From: Candidatus Electronema halotolerans
Lineage (GTDB): Bacteria > Desulfobacterota > Desulfobulbia > Desulfobulbales > Desulfobulbaceae
Direction of reading: 5' to 3'
DNA length: 32,000 bases
Assembly (NCBI GenBank): GCA_942493095.1
Contig: OW818675.1
Coordinates: forward strand, 180,001 to 212,000
The position numbers and the translations under genes were made by a program. Below the pieces are notes generated by a model. It saw only the letters and a program-made list of their open reading frames with translations, did no database searches and was not told the DNA's origin. Shown here one piece after another: positions 25,533-32,000 of this stretch (the stretch's first letter is position 1; each line of letters opens with the position of its first letter).

Positions 25533-26993
25533 TTACAGTTTTGGTGTTTTCCCCTTCACCCCCGCCCGCTGCTCCAGATTCCACGCAGCCCGTAACAACA
25601 TTTCCTCATTGAAATGCGTGGCCTGCATCTGCATTCCTATCGGCAGGCCCTCGGCGGAGAAGCCGCAGGGCACAGAGATGCCGGGTATTCCGGCCAGATT
25701 GGCGGAGATGGTCAGAATATCTGAGAGATACAAGGCGAGTGGATTATCCGCCTTCTGGCCGAGCGGCCAAGACGGGGTCGGCGTGACCGGCGAAACTAAG
25801 AGGTCGCACTGACTGAAGGCCTTGGCAAAATCCTCGCGGATCAGGGTCCGTACCTGCGAGGCTTTCTTGTAATAGGCATCATAATAGCCAGCAGATAACG
25901 CATACGTGCCGATCAAAATGCGCCGTTTGACCTCATCGCCAAAGCCCTGCGAACGGGTCTGGCGGTACATGTCGATCAGGCTGTCCGCCTCCGCCCGTCT
26001 GCCGTAGCGCACCCCGTCATAGCGGGCCAAATTGGAACTGGCCTCTGCCGGAGCAATCAGATAATAAACGGCCACGCAATATTCAGTGTGCGGCAGCGAG
26101 ACATCAACTAATTCCGCTCCGGCCTCGCGCAGCATGTCAATTCCAGCCCGGACAGAGCGGTCAACATCAGGATGCAGCCCCTCGCCAAAATACTCGCAAG
26201 GAATGCCGACCCGGATGCCTTTCATGCCGTCCTGCAAGGCCGCGCTGTAATTAGGCACGTCCTGCTTGGCTGAGGTGGAATCTCGCTGATCATGCCCGGC
26301 AATGGCCTGCATCATCAGGGCGCAGTCGGCCACGTCCTTGGTCAGCGGCCCGACCTGATCCAGTGAGGAGGCAAAGGCCACCAGTCCGTAGCGCGAAACG
26401 CGGCCATAAGTGGGCTTCATGCCGACCACGCCGCAAAGCGAGGCGGGCTGCCGGATGGAACCGCCGGTGTCTGAACCAAGCGAGGCCAAGCATTCGCCTG
26501 CCGCCACCGAGGCTGCCGAACCGCCGCTGGAGCCTCCGGCCACATAGCCAAGTTTCCACGGATTCTGCGGAATTTTATCCTTATAGGCGCAGTTCTCGTT
26601 GGTGGAACCCATAGCAAACTCGTCCATGCTGACCTTGCCGAGCAGGACTGCGTCCTCTGCCAGCAGCTTTTCCACCACAGTTGCGTTGTAGGGCGGAACA
26701 AAGCCTTCCAGCATTTTCGAGCCGCAGGTGGTGGGCATGGTCGCTGTGCAGAGCACGTCCTTGATGGACAAAGGCAGGCCGCAGAGCATTCCGCCTTGGC
26801 CTTGGGCCAGCTTTTTATCCGCCTGCTCTGCCGCCGCCATTGCCTGATCAGGGTGGAGGCTCAGGTAAGCCCTGACCGTGCCTTCCACCTGCTCAATCCG
26901 GGTCAGCAGTGATTCAGCAAGGGCCACAGCCGTGATTTCCCGCGCCGCCAGCTTCTCCTGCGCCTGCCGCAGGGTGAGTGTATGCAAATCCAT
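25533..26993 (-). CDS. gatA: Asp-tRNA(Asn)/Glu-tRNA(Gln) amidotransferase subunit A
   Basis: 486 aa from the ATG at 26993. Amidase signature GGSSGGSAASVAAGE...GSDTGGSIRQPASLCGVVGMKPTYGRVSRYGLVAFASSLDQVGP. Collinear with B. subtilis GatA. Confidence 0.95.
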   Translation of the reverse strand: MDLHTLTLRQAQEKLAAREITAVALAESLLTRIEQVEGTVRAYLSLHPDQAMAAAEQADKKLAQGQGGMLCGLPLSIKDVLCTATMPTTCGSKMLEGFVPPYNATVVEKLLAEDAVLLGKVSMDEFAMGSTNENCAYKDKIPQNPWKLGYVAGGSSGGSAASVAAGECLASLGSDTGGSIRQPASLCGVVGMKPTYGRVSRYGLVAFASSLDQVGPLTKDVADCALMMQAIAGHDQRDSTSAKQDVPNYSAALQDGMKGIRVGIPCEYFGEGLHPDVDRSVRAGIDMLREAGAELVDVSLPHTEYCVAVYYLIAPAEASSNLARYDGVRYGRRAEADSLIDMYRQTRSQGFGDEVKRRILIGTYALSAGYYDAYYKKASQVRTLIREDFAKAFSQCDLLVSPVTPTPSWPLGQKADNPLALYLSDILTISANLAGIPGISVPCGFSAEGLPIGMQMQATHFNEEMLLRAAWNLEQRAGVKGKTPKL

Positions 26994-27047
26994 TTTCGGT
27001 AACAGCCTGAAGGTTATTTTGCGCAAACAAGCTCTTGCGAGTTGGAA

Positions 27048-27416
27048 TCAGCCGCAGCCGCCAAGCCCGCAGCTTTTGGCCGGAGCGGCCTGCTTGTCAT
27101 CTGCTGAGGGAAGAGGCAGGATATAGCCGCGATGCGCCTTGATCCGCACATTGTCGGTGATTTCCAAGGTGACAGCAGAATCGGTCAGGCCGGTGATGGT
27201 GCCATGCACACCGCCAGCAGTCATCACTTTGTCGCCTTTCTTCAGATTATTGAGGAAATTCTGCTGTTCCTGCGCCTTTTTCTGCTGCGGGCGGATGAGC
27301 AGGAAATAGAAGACCACAAAAATCAGGATAAGGGGGACAAACTGGCCAAAGGCGGCAAAACCGCCGCCTGCTGCCGGGGCGGCTGCGCTGCCTTGGGCGA
27401 AAGCAATTCCGAGCAT
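27048..27416 (-). CDS. yajC: Preprotein translocase subunit YajC with a C-terminal Cys/Gly extension
   Basis: 122 aa. LILIFVVFYFLLIRPQQKKAQEQQNFLNNLKKGDKVMTAGGVHGTI matches YajC. The tail ends in KSCGLGGCG. Confidence 0.85.
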   Translation of the reverse strand: MLGIAFAQGSAAAPAAGGGFAAFGQFVPLILIFVVFYFLLIRPQQKKAQEQQNFLNNLKKGDKVMTAGGVHGTITGLTDSAVTLEITDNVRIKAHRGYILPLPSADDKQAAPAKSCGLGGCG

Positions 27417-27451
27417 GAAATTCTCCGTAAGATTATTGAAAGCTGTGCAAT

Positions 27452-28414
27452 TCAGTCAGCGGCTGCAATATGGGCCGCATAATATGCAGCACCAAACAGG
27501 CCGATGCGTTCATCTTGAAGCAAAGCAACTGAGATATGGGCAAGCACGTCTTTTGCGGTGCTCGAACCTTGCATAAATTCCTTTCTGAAAGCATCATTGT
27601 CAACCAAGAAAGGATTTTTCATGGCCACGCCGCCGGAAATGAAAAGCCGTCCGCCTGCTGCCAGCGTGGTGAGGACGTAATTTCTGCAATCTCTGGCGTA
27701 AAATTTGGCAAACCAATGCGTTGTTTCTGAAGCAGGATCAATTTCTGCTGCAACCTCGCTCGGTTCCATTCTATTTCCGGTGAGAAATTGATGCAGCATA
27801 GTTAATCCTCTGCCGGAAACTACATCATCACCAACTGGATTTGCTATGCCGGTTTGTTGAACAATGAAAGCCCGGTATCGCTGTTCAAAGTCATCTGCCG
27901 TAAAAGGAAATGGAATCTGGCCGGATTCAGAAGGAATATGCACATAAGCAGATGTGCTGATTTTCTTCAAAGTGCCGTGGCCAAGTCCTGTTCCCGCGCC
28001 GACAATGGCAATATCATCCTGCGTCTGTTCGGTGCTGATGATCGGCAAAGCGTTTGCTGTTGCCTCAGTCAGGCAGCCGTAAGCCTGTGCGGTGAAATCG
28101 TTGACGAAAGAAATCTCTGTGTCAGGATAAAGTTTCTTCAGCCGTGCTCTGTTAATCTTCCATTTTATATTTGGAAATGAAAGCAAATTTTCGGAAGTGA
28201 CCGGCCCTGGTACGGCAAAGACACAGTTCCTGCATTTATTCACATCATAGCGACTATCTTTTTCTTGTATATGGGAAAGCAGATGTTCAAAAGAGTCAAA
28301 GCTGTTGGTCTGCTTCCGCCGCTCATCTTCGAGCGTGAATTTATCTCCGCTGTGAGAAAACAGAGTAAATCTGCTATTTGTTCCGCCTACATCACCAATT
28401 AAGAACATATTCAT
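27452..28414 (-). CDS. glk: Glucokinase (Glk family)
   Basis: 320 aa from the ATG at 28414. LIGDVGGTNSRF ATP-binding start, INDF-type VNDFTAQAY, GAGTGLG, GGVAMKN. The start could instead be 28408. Confidence 0.82.
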   Translation of the reverse strand: MNMFLIGDVGGTNSRFTLFSHSGDKFTLEDERRKQTNSFDSFEHLLSHIQEKDSRYDVNKCRNCVFAVPGPVTSENLLSFPNIKWKINRARLKKLYPDTEISFVNDFTAQAYGCLTEATANALPIISTEQTQDDIAIVGAGTGLGHGTLKKISTSAYVHIPSESGQIPFPFTADDFEQRYRAFIVQQTGIANPVGDDVVSGRGLTMLHQFLTGNRMEPSEVAAEIDPASETTHWFAKFYARDCRNYVLTTLAAGGRLFISGGVAMKNPFLVDNDAFRKEFMQGSSTAKDVLAHISVALLQDERIGLFGAAYYAAHIAAAD

Positions 28415-28431
28415 TTCATTTTTTTGCCATG

Positions 28432-29688
<1,257 letters not shown>

Positions 29689-29702
29689 TCAACAAAGGCT
29701 GT

Positions 29703-30101
29703 TCACAGGCACCAGCCGCCTGCGCAGACCTCCTTGCTTTCCACGGAGCCGCCGCAGCTTTGGTAACAGTGATGGTATTCTGTTCCGCACCGTGAAATAT
29801 TGGGAGCAGAGCAGGGCATGGCGCTGGCGGCATAGCAATTGGTCGCGCCAGAGGCAATGCAGCGCTCAAATTCCAGCCGCACCATCCGGTTGTGATGCTC
29901 GCAGTTCTTCTGCTGGAGGTACTCATTGTCAATGCACTGCTTTCTGTCCCGCTCGCATTTCATGACGCACATCTGACCTTCCGGGCTTGTCGGAGGATGC
30001 AGCACATATTCTGTCTGCGCATACCTGCCGCAGCCGCTCAGAGCCAGCATGATGCCAGCTGCCGCCGCCAGACTCCAAAAATGACCTTTATTGATCTTCA
30101 T
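29703..30101 (-). CDS. Cysteine-rich lipoprotein, hypothetical
   Basis: 132 aa from the ATG at 30101, with GGAGG upstream. Lipobox LALSGC. Twelve further Cys residues in the mature part. Confidence 0.62.
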   Translation of the reverse strand: MKINKGHFWSLAAAAGIMLALSGCGRYAQTEYVLHPPTSPEGQMCVMKCERDRKQCIDNEYLQQKNCEHHNRMVRLEFERCIASGATNCYAASAMPCSAPNISRCGTEYHHCYQSCGGSVESKEVCAGGWCL

Positions 30102-30161
30102 CTTCTCGTTCCTCCATTGCGTTGTGTTGTGGAACTGTGCCATGCGGCACAGGCGTTGTGG

Positions 30162-30635
30162 TCACAGATGTTTTTTGACCAAATCGTAAAGACAGCCGCT
30201 GGTTTCCTCAACCACCCGCACGCAGTGCTGGCGGCGGCTGTTCGGGTCAGTGCGGAACTGCCGCACGGCTTCATTGTCCTGCCAGTCAACCTTGGCAATA
30301 TCAGCGCAGTTGATGCTGCCATATTCCGCCGTAATTCTGGCGAATTCCTTGAGCATCTCCTCTCCGATCCGGTTCATCTGCCGATGATTCATTCCTTTGG
30401 GTGTGGTCTTGCCCAAAGCGAAACCAATGGTTGCCAAGGCTCCGGTGAGCGCGCCGCAGACTTGGCTGCTGCCAACCATGCCGGAGGCGAACGGTGCCAT
30501 TGCGGCGATGAGTTCCTGCGGCGGCGGCTCCTCCCGGAACAGTCCGGCGCAAGCGCACAGCACGGCCTGGCTGCAATGAAATCCGTCTGCAAACAGTGCT
30601 GCGGCTTTGGCTGCTGTGTCCTTCCGTCCTTCCAT
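30162..30635 (-). CDS. C_GCAxxG_C_C family (putative redox-active) protein
   Basis: 157 aa from the ATG at 30635, with AAGGAGAA upstream. Ordered Cys motifs FHCSQAV, VCGALTGA, INCADI and RQHCVRVV fit the C-GCAxxG-C-C pattern. Confidence 0.78.
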   Translation of the reverse strand: MEGRKDTAAKAAALFADGFHCSQAVLCACAGLFREEPPPQELIAAMAPFASGMVGSSQVCGALTGALATIGFALGKTTPKGMNHRQMNRIGEEMLKEFARITAEYGSINCADIAKVDWQDNEAVRQFRTDPNSRRQHCVRVVEETSGCLYDLVKKHL

Positions 30636-30765
30636 CTTATTTCTCCTTGCACCCAAGTTGAATTTATTATACCATGCGTTCCGTGTGAAATCCAAAAAAG
30701 AAGTTGCAGGCAGCCTTGCGGCATGATACCGGGAGGAGAAAGTTCCTGCAAGCCTGATTCCTGCC

Positions 30766-31010
30766 ATGCCGAGCTTGGCGGATGCAGGCAAACTCTGGCT
30801 CTTTGGTTCTGTCGCTGAAAGGCGGAGTTTTCCTTTTTTAAGAAGCTGGAACTGCATGGCGACTGCTGCCGCGCCCTGAAACGCAGCGATGTGGATTTAG
30901 TTGCGCTCAATCAGACCCGCAATCAGGCTGTGCTGGATGATTTTTATCTCCGCACCCTTCATGCGGCAATTGATTTCAGGGAGCAGCGGCGCAGAATAAT
31001 GGGCGTATGA
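30766..31010 (+). pseudogene. Decayed MNT-type nucleotidyltransferase antitoxin remnant
   Basis: One frame gives MPSLADAGKLWLFGSVAERR... and stops at 30877-30879. A second frame, with no start codon, gives ...KKLELHGDCCRALKRSDVDLVALNQTRNQAVLDD... and ends in a TGA that overlaps the HepT ATG (ATGA at 31007-31010). The GS motif and the C-terminal DVDLV motif are in different frames, and the catalytic DxD segment between them is missing. Confidence 0.45.
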
Positions 31011-31258
31011 ATGAGAGAACGCATTCGGCGGATTCCTGCATCAATCTTGCGGAAATGCTGATCAATCAACAAGAGCTGCGCCCGCCGCAATCCTATCATG
31101 AGGTGTTTGACATCCTCGGAGAGGCAGGCGTGCTGGATGCTGAATTTGCGTATTCCTTTGCCAAGATTGCCGGATTTCGCAACTTTCTTGCTCACGACTA
31201 CGAGACAGTTGATGCTGAGGTGATCTGTCAGCAGGTGCTGCGGCAGGCCGGGGTGTGA
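31007..31258 (+). CDS. HepT/DUF86-family RNase toxin, N-terminally short (83 aa), catalytic motif intact
   Basis: SCINLAEMLINQQELRPPQSYHEVFDILGEAGVLDAEFAYSFAKIAGFRNFLAHDYETVD aligns with the HepT core and includes the Rx4HxY motif (RNFLAHDY). It lacks the approx 45 N-terminal residues of typical HepT proteins. Confidence 0.6.
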   Translation: MNERTHSADSCINLAEMLINQQELRPPQSYHEVFDILGEAGVLDAEFAYSFAKIAGFRNFLAHDYETVDAEVICQQVLRQAGV

Positions 31259-31399
31259 GAAAAAACGGGATGCGGCAAAAAAAAACTTGCGTTCTGGCAG
31301 ATTGCAATATACGATACTTCCCTTGCTCGTCAGCTCTTCATTTCGCAAACTTTTGCTGCATTCGCCTTGGCCGGAGCGGTGCGAGTGTCATATCACAAA

Positions 31400-31714
31400 A
31401 TGAGGGCCATGCGGCTGCTTGACTCCCAAATTGCCAGCATCAGAACCATAGTCCCTCAGTATGCCGGGAAGGGCTGCCGGGTTTATCTGTTTGGTTCCCG
31501 TCTTGATGATGCGGCGCGAGGCGGTGATGTTGATCTGTTGATCGAAACGCCTCAGCAGCTGCCTCTGATGCAGCGTGTCCGTATGAAAATGGCGATAGAA
31601 GCGGCACTTGGTCTGCCAGTTGATCTGGTTGTGCGGGAGGAAAACCAAACTCCGACGGCGTTTCAGCGGCTTGCGAAATTGCGTTCAACACTGCTCATGG
31701 ACGAAGGCGCATGA
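31400..31714 (+). CDS. MNT-type nucleotidyltransferase (type VII TA antitoxin, MntA-like)
   Basis: VYLFGSRLDDAARGGDVDLLIE (GS...DxD) plus the second motif GLPVDLVV. The start is ambiguous: ATG at 31400 or 31409, while the track start at 31367 is a TTG. Confidence 0.78.
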   Translation: MRAMRLLDSQIASIRTIVPQYAGKGCRVYLFGSRLDDAARGGDVDLLIETPQQLPLMQRVRMKMAIEAALGLPVDLVVREENQTPTAFQRLAKLRSTLLMDEGA

Positions 31715-32000
31715 TGAAGACCTTGACAGATGAATACCGCAGCCATCTGGCCGAAATGCTGGCCGCAGTTGAGCGGTGCGTGTATTTTCTTGACGGCTCC
31801 TGCGCACGGATAAGCTGGCCGCTGACAGGAGATGTGCTGGCAGGGCGCAAGAAGGAAGTGGAATTGTTCATGGCTCTTTCCGCTGTCAATGAACGATTTG
31901 CGAAATTGCAGGACACGCTGGGGGCGGCAATGCGTCATGCCGCCCTGCTGGCCGGTGAATCTTCGGACACCTTTATTCGGGTTCTGTCCCATTTCGAGAA
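31711..32000 (+). CDS. Partial ORF coupled to the MNT gene, probable HepT-like toxin partner (3' end outside the window)
   Basis: ATGA overlap with the MNT stop (31711-31714). Open frame to the window end: MMKTLTDEYRSHLAEMLAAVERCVYFL...LSAVNERFAKLQDTLGAAMRHAALLAGE... Not in the ORF track because no stop is reached. The family call rests on position and helical character only. Confidence 0.5.
   Translation, partial: MMKTLTDEYRSHLAEMLAAVERCVYFLDGSCARISWPLTGDVLAGRKKEVELFMALSAVNERFAKLQDTLGAAMRHAALLAGESSDTFIRVLSHFE

Overview
32-kb chromosomal segment from a moderately GC-rich Gram-negative bacterium. Gene content and order look Desulfobacterota/deltaproteobacterial, but that is inference only. 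All domain calls come from reading motifs in the supplied translations; no searches were run. The housekeeping backbone is a ThDP acetolactate-synthase-like enzyme, aat, hisI, topB, a Nudix-pyrE fusion, tRNA-Leu(CAA), glmS, gatA, yajC, glk and tgt. Several accessory islets sit between these genes.

The best candidate for a new system is a minus-strand operon at 16980-19496. It encodes an EACC1-like small protein, then a caspase-fold peptidase, then a membrane-anchored protein with two DUF1566 (lectin-like) ectodomains, and no NTPase partner is visible. Between EACC1 and the caspase there is a 143-bp near-perfect direct duplication (140/143) of the caspase leader hairpin plus its first 34 codons. 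Immediately downstream of the operon lie seven tandem 22-23-bp A/T-tract repeats, an HU-like/DUF4469 gene and the tRNA-Leu gene.

Other accessory content:
- a DUF4160-DUF2442 pair followed by a kinesin-light-chain-type TPR protein;
- an AT-rich three-gene insert between gatA and glmS (Asp-box-like repeat protein, CAP-domain protein, polytopic membrane protein);
- a Cys-rich lipoprotein next to a C_GCAxxG_C_C protein;
- two adjacent MNT/HepT toxin-antitoxin loci, one decayed and one intact (the intact one runs off the window edge).

I found no rRNA, CRISPR array, transposase, integrase or reverse transcriptase.
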